Assembly (NCBI GenBank): GCA_964016885.1
Contig: OZ024742.1
Span: 198,276,001-198,340,000, forward strand
Direction: 5' to 3'
Source of the DNA: Eledone cirrhosa
Taxonomy: Eukaryota
Length of the DNA stretch: 64,000 nt
The position numbers and the translations under genes were made by a program. Positions 34,865 through 47,900 of the stretch are shown here, one piece after another. How positions within the stretch are numbered: the first letter of the stretch is position 1; each line of letters opens with the position of its first letter. The notes beneath the pieces were generated by a model. It saw nothing but the letters and a program-made list of their open reading frames with translations, did not search any database and was not told where the DNA came from.

Positions 34865-35983
34865 AACTAGCTAGAAAAATGCGTACAGCAAAAAAAAGTA
34901 ATATTGTTGGAACAAACCTTTAAAAATACAGGACAAGGAAGTAAGATAAACCTTTAAAAATACAGGACAAAGAACTAAGATAAAACTTTAAAAGAATAGG
35001 ACAAGGAATATAAATTTTTACAATAATATTAGTGGCAAAATTCAATTGGTAAAAAATTGAGTTTCCATCATTACACCAATTACAACTATGATGTTCCGCA
35101 TGCATCCACTCCAACCATGATCACTTGTCTGTCATCTTTCCCGGTCCAACTCCTCGCGGATGACCCGGCGCAACTCGGACTGGGTCGGAGCAGGAACTGG
35201 AGGGGGAGAGGGAGGGGTACGGGTCTTGACTCTGGGACGATGACGGCGAGTGACCAAGGTGAATGGGCCCGTGTTCGACTCGGAATCCTGCTGGTCCTCG
35301 ATGACACTTTGAGGCACGGTTGACGGTTCCGGACTGGCTTCATGGGCAGTGGTAGAAGGGCAGGTGGATAGGGCAGAGTGCTTCTTCCTGGGAGAGCACT
35401 TGAAGCAGGTGAAGCCGGCGCCGGACTCGTTGAACCACTTCCAGACAGCACTGGGCATGTTGGCGCAGCAATGATGAAAGTTGAAGCAGGCGACGAGGGG
35501 GGAGGAGGTGGAGGCGTTGGTGCAGGAGCAACAGACTGCTGATTTGGGAGTCATTGTAGCTGGGGGATGCAGGCGCTGAGGGGGCTCGAGTAGAAGGGAA
35601 GAACAGAAATGAACCATGATGACTTTTCCTACATTTTTCCTGGCCCACTTCCTCATGAACCAATGAACCAGTTGGTACAACTCGGACTTGGAGGAGGAAC
35701 ACAAGACAGGGATCAATTTCATTGTATTGATATTTCTCATTAAGTAATTTCATGTTACTCAAATAAATCACTTTTATTTGATCAATTATCTATTTTTCCA
35801 ATAAAATTTTTGCCACTAATATTATTGTAAAAATTTATATTCCTTGTCCTATTCTTTTAAAGTTTTATCTTAGTTCTTTGTCCTGTATTTTTAAAGGTTT
35901 ATCTTACTTCCTTGTCCTGTATTTTTAAAGGTTTGTTCCAACAATATTACTTTTTTTTGCTGTACGCATTTTTCTAGCTAGTT
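34865..35983. repeat. Foldback with 176-bp perfect inverted arms (34865-35040 and 35808-35983)
   Basis: Base-by-base reading gives an exact reverse complement. Each arm contains about three internal 35-bp direct repeats (aaacctttaaaaatacaggacaaggaagtaagat). Confidence 0.95.
35100..35554 (-). pseudogene. Captured 5' fragment of a LINE ORF1-like gene (PHD finger, then helical region)
   Basis: MTPKSAVCCSC...VACFNFHHCC...W..F.....FTCFKC is PHD-like with one Cys apparently lost. It is followed by ELRRVIREELDRER and, frameshifted, RQVIMVGV. The segment is a GC-rich island in an AT-rich context. Confidence 0.6.
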
Positions 35984-38900
35984 AATAACTGTCTCTAGTC
36001 CTCTCACTGAGTAACATTCAACTTTCCTCAACACGACCTACACATTTCATTTCTCTTCACAACATTCATCACCGGCTCAAGTCGTCTCACTGAGTAACAT
36101 TCAACTTTCCTCAACACGACCTACACATTTCATTTCTCTGCACAATATTCATTACTGGCTCTAGTCCTCACACTGAGTAACATTCAACTTTCCTCAACAC
36201 GACCTACACATCACATTACTCTTCACAACATTCATTACTGGCTCTAGTCCTCACACTGAGTAACATTCAACTTTCCTCAACACGACCTACACATCTCATG
36301 TCTCTTCACAATATTCATTACTGGCTCTAGTCCTCACACTAAGTAACATTCAACTTTCCTCAACACGACCTACACATCTCATTTCTCTTCACAATATTCA
36401 TTAATGGCTCTAGTCCTCTCACTGAGTAACATTCAACTTTCCTCAACACGACCTACACATCTCATTTCTCTTCACAACATTTATCACTGGCTCTAGTCCT
36501 CTCACTGAGTAACATTCAACTTTCCTCAACACGACCTACACATCTCATTTCTCTTCACAACATTCATTACTGGCTCTAGTCCTCACACTGAGTAACATTC
36601 AACTTTCCTCAACACGACCTACACATCTCATTTCTCTTCACACCATTCAACTTTCCTCAACACGACCTACACATTTCATTTCTCTTCACAACATTCATCG
36701 CTGGCTCTAGTCCTCTCACTGAGTAACATTCAACTTTCCTCAACACGACCTACACATCTCATTTCTCTTCACAATATTCCTCACTGGCTCTAGTCCTCTC
36801 ACTGAGTAACATTCAACTGTCCTCAACACGACCTACACATCTTGTTTCTCTTCACGACATTCAACTTTCCTCAACACGACCTACACGTTTCATTTCTCTT
36901 CACAACATTCATCACTGGCTCTAGTCCTCTCACTGAGTAACATTCAACTGTCCTCAACACGACCTACACATCTTATTTCTCTTCACGACATTCAACTTTC
37001 CTCAACACGACCTACACATTTCATTTCTCTTCACAACATTCATCACTGGCTCTAGTCCTCTCACTGAGTAACATTCAACTTTCCTCAACACGACCTACAC
37101 ATCTCATTTCTCTTCACAACATTCATTACTGGCTCTAGTCCTCTCACTGAGTAAGATTCAACTTTCCTCAACACGACCTACACATCTCATTTCGCTTCAC
37201 AACATTCATTACTGGCTCCAGTCCTCTCACTGAGTAACATTCAACTTTCCTCAACACGACCTACACATTTCATTTCTCTACACAACATTCATCACCGGCT
37301 CTAGTCCTCTCACTGCGTAACATTCAACTTTCCTCAACACGACCTACACATCTCATTTCTCTTCACAATATTCATTACTGGCTCTAGTCCTCTCACTGAG
37401 TAACATTCAACTTTCCTCAACACGACCTACACATTTCATTTCTCTTCACAACATTCATCACCGGCTCTAGTCCTCTCACTGAGTAACATTCAACTTTCCT
37501 CAATACGACCTACACATCTCATTTCTCTTCACAACATTCATTACTGGCTCTAGTCCTCACACTGAGTAACATTCAACTTTCCTCAACACGACCTACACAT
37601 CTCATTTCTCTTCACAACATTCAACTTTCCTCAACACGACCTACACATTTCATTTCTCTTCACAACATTCATCGCTGGCTCTAGTCCCCTCACTGAGTAA
37701 CATTCAACTTTCCTCAACACGACCTACACATCTCATTTCTCTTCACAATATTCCTCACTGGCTCTAGTCCTCTCACTGAGTAACATTCAACTGTCCTCAA
37801 CACGACCTACACATCTCATTTCTCTTCACAACATTCAACTTTCCTCAACACGACCTACACATTTCATTTCTCTTCACAACATTCATCACCGGCTCTAGTC
37901 CTCTCACTGAGTAACATTCAACTTTCCTCAACACGACCTACACATTTCATTTCTCTTCACAACATTCATTACTGGCTCTAGTCCTCTCACTGAGTAACAT
38001 TCAACTTTCCTCAACACGACCTACACATCTCATTTCTCTTCACAACATTCATTAATGGCTCTAGTCCTCACACTGAGTAACATTCAACTTTCCTCAACAC
38101 GACCTACACATCTCATTTCTCTTCACAACATTCATCACTGGCTCTAGTCCTCACACTGAGTAACATTCAACTTCCCTCAACACGACCTACACATCTCATT
38201 TCTCTTCACAATATTCATTCTGGCTCTAGTACTCACAGTGAGTAACATTCAACTTTCCTCAACACGACCTACACATCTCATTTCTCTTCACAACATTCAT
38301 TAATGGCTCTAGTCCTCACACTGAGTAACATTCAACTTTCCTCAACACGACCTACACATCTCATTTCTCTTCACAATATTAATAACTGGCTCTAGTCCTC
38401 ACACTGAGTAACATTCAACTTTCCTCAACACGACCTACACATCTCATTTCTCTTCACAATATTAATAACTGGCTCTAGTCCTCTCACTGAGTAACATTCA
38501 ACTTTCCTCAACACGACCTACACATTTCATTTCTCTTCACAACATTCATCACCGGCTCTAGTCCTCTCACTGAGTAACATTCAACTTTCCTCAACACGAC
38601 CTACACATCTCATTTCTCTTCACAATATTAATAACTGGCTCTAGTCCTCTCACTGAGTAACATTCAACTTTCCTCAACACGACCTACACATTTCATTTCT
38701 CTTCACAACATTCATCACTGGCTCTAGTCGTCTCACTGAGTAACATTCAACTTTCCTCAACACGACCTACACATTTCATTTCTCTGCACAATATTCATTA
38801 CTGGCTCTAGTCCTCACACTGAGTAACATTCAACTTTCCTCAACACGACCTACACATCTCATTTCTCTTCACAATATTCATTCTGGCTCTAGTCCTCTCA

Positions 38901-41900
38901 CTGAGTAACATTCAACTTTCCTCAACACGACCTACACATCTCATTTCTCTTCACAACATTCATTAATGGCTCTAGTCCTCACACTGAGTAACATTCAACT
39001 TTCCTCAACACGACCTACACATCTCATTTCTCTTCACAACATTCATCACTGGCTCTAGTCCTCACACTGAGTAACATTCAACTTCCCTCAACACGACCTA
39101 CACATCTCATTTCTCTTCACAATATTCATTCTGGCTCTAGTACTCACAGTGAGTAACATTCAACTTTCCTCAACACGACCTACACATCTCATTTCTCTTC
39201 ACAATATTAATAACTGGCTCTAGTCCTCACACTGAGTAACATTCAACTTTCCTCAACACGACCTACACATCTCATTTCTCTTCACAATATTAATAACTGG
39301 CTCTAGTCCTCTCACTGAGTAACATTCAACTTTCCTCAACACGACCTACACATTTCATTTCTCTTCACAACATTCATCACCGGCTCTAGTCGTCTCACTG
39401 AGTAACATTCAACTTTCCTCAACACGACCTACACATTTCATTTCTCTGCACAATATTCATTACTGGCTCTAGTCCTCACACTGAGTAACATTCAACTTCC
39501 CTCAACACGACCTACACATCTCATTTCTCTTCACAATATTCATTCTGGCTCTAGTACTCACAGTGAGTAACATTCAACTTTCCTCAACACGACCTACACA
39601 TCTCATTTCTCTTCACAACATTCATTAATGGCTCTAGTCCTCACACTGAGTAACATTCAACTTTCCTCAACACGACCTACACATCTCATTTCTCTTCACA
39701 ATATTAATAACTGGCTCTAGTCCTCTCACTGAGTAACATTCAACTTTCCTCAACACGACCTACACATTTCATTTCTCTTCACAACATTCATCACCGGCTC
39801 TAGTCGTCTCACTGAGTAACATTCAACTTTCCTCAACACGACCTACACATCTCATTTCTCTTCACAATATTCATTACTGGCTCTAGTCCTCTCACTGAGT
39901 AACATTCAACTTTCCTCAACACGACCTACACATCTCATTTCTCTTCACAACATTCATTACTGGCTCTAGTCCTCTCACTGAGTAACATTCAACTTTCCTC
40001 AACACGACCTACACATTTCATTTCTCTGCACAATATTCATTACTGGCTCTAGTCCTCACACTGAGTAACATTCAACTTTCCTCAACACGACCAACACATC
40101 CCATTTCTCTTCACAATATTCATCACTGGCTCTAGTCCTCTCACTGAGTAACATTCAACTTTCCTCAACACGACCTACACATTTCATTTCTCTTCACAAT
40201 ATTCATTACTGGCTCTAGTCCTCTCACCAAGTAACATTCAACTTTCCTCAACACGACCTACACATCTCATTTCTCTTCACAATATTCATTACTGGCTCTA
40301 GTCCTCTCACTGAGTAACATTCAACTTTCCTCAACACGACCTACACATTTCATTTCTCTTCACAATATTCATTACTGGCTCTAGTCCTCTCACCGAGTAA
40401 CATTCAACTTTCCTCAACACGACCTACACATCTCATTTCTCTTCACAATATTCATCACTGGCTCTAGTCCTCTCACTGAGTAACATTCAACTTTCCTCAA
40501 CACGACCTACACATCACATTACTCTTCACAACATTCATTACTGGCTCTAGTCCTCACACTGAGTAACATTCAACTTTCCTCAACACGACCTACACATCTC
40601 ATGTCTCTTCACAATATTCATTACTGGCTCTAGTCCTCTCACTGAGTAACATTCAACTTTCCTCAACACGACCTACACATCTCATTTCTCTTCACAATAT
40701 TCATTAATGGCTCTAGTCCTCTCACTGAGTAACATTCGACTTTCCTCAACACGACCTACACATCTCATTTCTCTTCACAACATTTATCACTGGCTCTAGT
40801 CCTCTCACTGAGTAACATTCAACTTTCCTCAACACGACCTACACATCTCATTTCTCTTCACAACATTCATTACTGGCTCTAGTCCTCTCACTGAGTAACA
40901 TTCAACTTTCCTCAACACGACCTACACATCTCATTTCTCTTCACAATATTCATCACTGGCTCTAGTCCTCTCACTGAGTAACATTCAACTTTCCTCAACA
41001 CGACCTACACATTTCATTTCTCTTCACAATATTCATTACTGGCTCTAGTCCTCACACTGAGTAACATTCAACTTTCCTCAACACGACCTACACATCTCAT
41101 TTCTCTTCACACCATTCAACTTTCCTCAACACGACCTACACCTTTCATTTCTCTTCACAACATTCATCGCTGGCTCTAGTCCTCTCACTGAGTAACATTC
41201 AACTTTCCTCAACACGACCTACACATCTCATTTCTCTTCACAATATTCCTCACTGGCTCTAGTCCTCTCACTGAGTAACATTCAACTGTCCTCAACACGA
41301 CCTACACATCTTATTTCTCTTCACGACATTCAACTTTCCTCAACACGACCTACACATTTCATTTCTCTTCACAACATTCATCACTGGCTCTAGTCCTCTC
41401 ACTGAGTAACATTCAACTTTCCTCAACACGACCTACACATCTCATTTCTCTTCACAACATTCATCACCGGCTCTAGTCCTCTCACTGAGTAAGATTCAAC
41501 TTTCCTCAACACGACCTACACATCTCATTTCGCTTCACAACATTCATTACTGGCTCTAGTCCTCTCACTGAGTAACATTCAACTTTCCTCAACACGACCT
41601 ACACATTTCATTTCTCTTCACAACATTCATCACCGGCTCTAGTCCTCTCACTGCGTAACATTCAACTTTCCTCAACACGACCTACACATCTCATTTCTCT
41701 TCACAATATTCATTACTGGCTCTAGTCCTCTCACTGAGTAACATTCAACTTTCCTCAACACGACCTACACATTTCATTTCTCTTCACAACATTCATCACC
41801 GGCTCTAGTCTTCTCACTGAGTAACATTCAACTTTCCTCAATACGACCTACACATTTCATTTCTCTTCACAACATTCATCACTGGCTCTAGTCCTCTCAC

Positions 41901-44900
41901 TGAGTAACATTCAACTTTCCCCAACACGACCTACACATCTTATTTCTCTTCACAACATTCATTACTGGCTCTAGTTCTCTCACTGAGTAACATTGAACTT
42001 TCCTCAACACGACCTACATATCTCATTTCTCTTCACAACATTCATTACTGGCTCTAGTCCTCTCACTGAGTAACATTCAACTTTCCTCAACACGACCTAC
42101 ACATCTCATTTCTCTTCACAACATTCATTACTGGCTCTAGTCCTCACACTGAGTAACATTCAACTTTACACAACACGACCTACACATCTCATTTCTCTTC
42201 ACATTCATTACTGGCTCTAGTCCTCTCACTGAGTAACATTCAACTTTCCTCAACACGACCTACACATCTCATTTCTCTTCACAACATTCATTACTGGCTC
42301 TAGTCCTCACACTGAGTAACATTCAACTTTACACAACACGACCTACACATCTCATTTCTCTTCACATTCATTACTGGCTCTAGTCCTCTCACTGAGTAAC
42401 ATGCAACTTTCCTCAACACGACCTACACGTCTCATTTCTCTTCACAATATTCCTCACTGGCTCTAGTCCTCTCACTGAGTAACATTAAACTGTCTTCAAC
42501 ACGACCTACACATCTCATTTCTCTTCACAACATTCAACTTTCCTCAACACGACCTACACATTTCATTTCTCTTCACAACAGTCATCACTGGCTCTAGTCC
42601 TCTCACTGAGTAACATTCAACTTTCCTCAACACGACCTACACATCTCATTTCTCTTCACATCATTCATTACTGGCTCTAGTCCTCTCACTGAGTAACATT
42701 CAACTTTCCTCAACACGACCTACACATCTCATTTCTCTTCACAACATTCATCACTGGCTCTAGTCCTCTCACTGAGTAACATTCAACTTTCCTCAACACG
42801 ACCTACACATCTCATTTCTCTTCACAACATTCATCACTGGCTCTAGTCCTCTCACTGAGTAACATTCAACTTTCCTCAACACGACCTACACATCTCATTT
42901 CTCTTTACAACATTCATTACTGGCTCTAGTCCTCACACGGAGTAACATTCAACTTTCCTCAACACGACCTACACATTTCATTTCTCTTCACAACATTCAA
43001 CTTTCCTCAACACGACCTACACATTTCATTTCTCTTCACAACATTCATCGCTGGCTCTAGTCCTCTCACTGAGTAACATTCAACTTTCCTCAACACGACC
43101 TACACATTTCATTTCTCTTCACAACATTCATCACTGGCTCTAGTCCTCTCACTGAGTAACATTCAACTTTCCTCAACACGACCTACACATCTCATTTCTC
43201 TTCACAACATTCATTACTGGCTCTAGTCCTCACACTGAGTAACATTCAACTTTCCTCAACACGACCTACACATCTCATTTCTCTTCACAACATTCAACTT
43301 TCCTCAACACGACCTACACATTTCATTTCTCTTCACAACATTCATCACTGGCTCTAGTCCTCTCACTGAGTAACATTCAACTTTCCTCAACACGACCTAC
43401 ACATCTCATTTCTCTTCACAACATTCATTACTGGCTCTAGTCCTCACACTGAGTAACATTCAACTTTCCTCAACACGACCTACACATCTCATTTCTCTTC
43501 ACAACATTCAACTTTCCTCAACACGACCTACACATTTCATTTCTCTTCACAACATTCATCGCTGGCTCTAGTCCTCTCACTGAGTAACATTCAACTTTCC
43601 TCAACACGACCTACACATCTCATTTCTCTTCACATTCATTACTGGCTCTAGTCCTCTCACTGAGTAACATTCAACTTTCCTCAACACGACCTATACATTT
43701 CATTTCTCTTCACAACATTCATCACTGGCTCTAGTCCTCTCACTGAGTAACATTCAACTTTCCTCAACACGACCTACACATCTCATTTCTCTTCACAACA
43801 TTCAACTTTACTCAACACGACCTACACATTTCATTTCTCTTCACAACATTCATCACTGGCTCTAGTCCTCTCACTGAGTAACATTCAACATTCCTCAACA
43901 CGACCTACACATCTCATTTCTCTTCACAACATTCATTAATGGCTCTAGTCCTCTCACTGAGTAACAATCAACTTTCCTCAACACGACCTACACATCTCAT
44001 TTCTCTTCACAACATTCATCACTCGCTCTAGTCCTCTCACTGAGTAACATTCAACTTTCCTCAACACGACCTACACATCTCATTTCTCTTCACAATATTC
44101 CTCACTGGCTCTAGTCCTCTCACTGAGTAACATTCAACTGTCCTCAACACGACCTACACATTTCATTTCTCTTCACAACATTCATCACTGGCTCTAGTCC
44201 TCTCACTGAGTAACATTCAACTTTCCCCAACACGACCTACACATCTTATTTCTCTTCACAACATTCATTACTGGCTCTAGTCCTCTCACTGAGTAACATT
44301 CAACTTTCCTCAACACGACCTACACATCTCATTTCTCTTCACGACATTCAACTTTCCCCAACACGACCTACACATCTCATTTCTCTTCACAATATTCATT
44401 ACTGGCTCTAGTCCTCTCACTGAGTAACATTCAACTTTCCTCAACACGACCTACACATTTCATTTCTCTTCACAACATTCATCACCGGCTCTAGTTTTCT
44501 CACTGAGTAACATTCAACTTTCCTCAATACGACCTACACATTTCATTTCTCTTCACAACATTCATTACTGGCTCTAGTCCTCTCACTGAGTAACATTGAA
44601 CTTTCCTCAACACGACCTACATATCTCATTTCTCTTCACAACATTCATTACTGGCTCTAGTCCTCACACTGAGTAACATTCAACTTTACACAACACGACC
44701 TACACATCTCATTTCTCTTCACATTCATTACTGGCTCTAGTCCTCTCACTGAGTAACATTCAACTTTCCTCAACACGACCTACACATTTCATTTCTCTTC
44801 ACAACATTCATCGCTGGCTCTAGTCCTCTCACTGAGTAACATGCAACTTTCCTCAACACAACCTACACGTCTCATTTCTCTTCACAATATTCCTCACTGG

Positions 44901-47900
44901 CTCTAGTCCTCTCACTGAGTAACATTAAACTGTCTTCAACACGACCTACACATCTCATTTCTCTTCACAACATTCAACTTTCCTCAACACGACCTACACA
45001 TTTCATTTCTCTTCACAACAGTCATCACTGGCTCTAGTCCTCTCACTGAGTAACATTCAACTTTCCTCAACACGACCTACACATCTCATTTCTCTTGACA
45101 ACATTCATTACTGGCTCTAGTCCTCTCACTGAGTAACATTCAACTTTCCTCAACACGACCTACACATCTCATTTCTCTTCACAACATTCATTACTGGCTC
45201 TAGTCCTCACACTGAGTAACATTCAACTTTACACAACACGACCTACACATCTCATTTCTCTTCACATTCATTACTGGCTCTAGTCCTCTCACTGAGTAAC
45301 ATTCAACTTTCCTCAACACGACCTACACATTTCATTTCTCTTCACAACATTCATCGCTGGCTCTAGTCCTCTCACTGAGTAACATTCAACTTTCCTCAAC
45401 ACGACCTACACATCTCATTTCTCTTCACAATATTCCTCACTGGCTCTAGTCCTCTCACTGAGTAACATTCAACTTTCCTCAACACGACTTACACATCTCA
45501 TTTCTCTTCACAATATTCCTCACTGGCTCTAGACCTCTCACTGAGTAACATTCAACTGTCCTCAACACGACCTACACATCTCATTTCTCTTCACAACATT
45601 CAACTTTCCTCAACACGACCTACACATTTCATTTCTCTTCACAACATTCATCACTGGCTCTAGTCCTCTCACTGAGTAACATTCAACTATCCTCAACACG
45701 ACCTACACATCTCATTTCTCTTCACAACATTCATTACTGGCTCTAGTCCTCTCACTGAGTAAGATTCAACTTACCTCAACACGACCTACACATCTCATTT
45801 CTCTTCACAACATTCATCACTGGCTCTAGTCCTCACACTGAGTAACATTCAACTTTCCTCAACACGACCTACACATCTCATTTCTCTTCACAACATTCAT
45901 CACTGGCTCTAGTCCTCACACTGAGTAACATTCAACTTTCCTCAACACGACCTACACATCTCACTTCTCTTCACAACATTCATTAACGGCTCTAGTCCTC
46001 ACACAGAGTAACATTCAACTTTCCTCAACACGACCTACACATCTCATTTCTCTTCACAACATTCATCACTGGCTCTAGTCCTCTCACTGAGTAACATTCA
46101 ACTTTCCTCAACACGACCTACACATCTCATTTCTCTTCACAACATTCATCACCGGCTCTAGTCCTCTCACTGAGTAACATTCAACTTTCCTCAACACGAC
46201 CTACACATCTCATTTCTCTTCACAATATTAATAACTGGCTCTAGTCCTCTCACTGAGTAACATTCAACTTTCCTCAACACGACCTACACATTTCATTTCT
46301 CTTCACAACATTCATCACCGGCTCTAGTCGTCTCACTGAGTAACATTCAACTTTCCTCAACACGACCTACACATTTCATTTCTCTTCACAACATTCATCA
46401 CTGGCTCTAGTCCTCTCACTGAGTAACATTCAACTTTCCTCAACACGACCTACACATCTCATTTCTCTTCACAACATTCATTACTGGCTCTAGTCCTCTC
46501 ACTGAGTAAGATTCAACTTTCCTCAACACGACCTACACATCTCATTTCGCTTCACAACATTCATTACTGGCTCTAGTCCTCTCACTGAGTAACATTCAAC
46601 TTTCCTCAACACGACCTACACATTTCATTTCTCTTCACAACATTCATCACCGGCTCTAGTCCTCTCACTGCGTAACATTCAACTTTCCTCAACACGACCT
46701 ACACATCTCATTTCTCTTCACAATATTCATTACTGGCTCTAGTCCTCTCACTGAGTAACATTCAACTTTCCTCAACACGACCTACACATTTCATTTCTCT
46801 TCACAACATTCATCACCGGCTCTAGTTTTCTCACTGAGTAACATTCAACTTTCCTCAATACGACCTACACATTTCATTTCTCTTCACAACATTCATTACT
46901 GGCTCTAGTCCTCTCACTGAGTAACATTGAACTTTCCTCAACACGACCTACATATCTCATTTCTCTTCACAACATTCATTACTGGCTCTAGTCCTCTCAC
47001 TGAGTAACATTCAACTTTCCTCAACACGACCTACATATCTCATTTCTCTTCACAACATTCATTACTGGCTCTAGTCCTCACACTGAGTAACATTCAACTT
47101 TACACAACACGACCTACACATCTCATTTCTCTTCACATTCATTACTGGCTCTAGTCCTCTCACTGAGTAACATTCAACTTTCCTCAACACGACCTACACA
47201 TTTCATTTCTCTTCACAACATTCATCGCTGGCTCTAGTCCTCTCACTGAGTAACATGCAACTTTCCTCAACACGACCTACACGTCTCATTTCTCTTCACA
47301 ATATTCCTCACTGGCTCTAGTCCTCTCACTGAGTAACATTAAACTGTCTTCAACACGACCTACACATCTCATTTCTCTTCACAACATTCAACTTTCCTCA
47401 ACACGACCTACACATTTCATTTCTCTTCACAACAGTCATCACTGGCTCTAGTCCTCTCACTGAGTAACATTCAACTTTCCTCAACACGACCTACACATCT
47501 CATTTCTCTTCACATCATTCATCACTGGCTCTAGTCCTCTCACTGAGTAACATTCAACTTTCCTCAACACGACCTACACATCTCATTTCTCTTCACAACA
47601 TTCATCACTGGCTCTAGTCCTCTCACTGAGTAACATTCAACTTTCCTCAACACGACCTACACATCTCATTTCTCTTCACAACATTCATCACTGGCTCTAG
47701 TCCTCTCACTGAGTAACATTCAACTTTCCTCAACACGACCTACACATCTCATTTCTCTTCACAACATTCATTACTGGCTCTAGTCCTCACACTGAGTAAC
47801 ATTCAACTATCCTCAACACGACCTACACATCTCATTTCTCTTCACAACATTCATTACTGGCTCTAGTCCTCTCACTGAGTAACATTCAACTTTCCTCAAC

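Larger units (their letters stand above)
32365..35981 (+). mobile_element. 3.6-kb composite non-autonomous element, Helitron/Helentron-like
   Basis: The flanks cacaata| and |ttaataactg rejoin into the satellite variant cacaatattaataactg. The element begins TC and ends CTAG, with no target duplication and no deletion. Confidence 0.7.
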
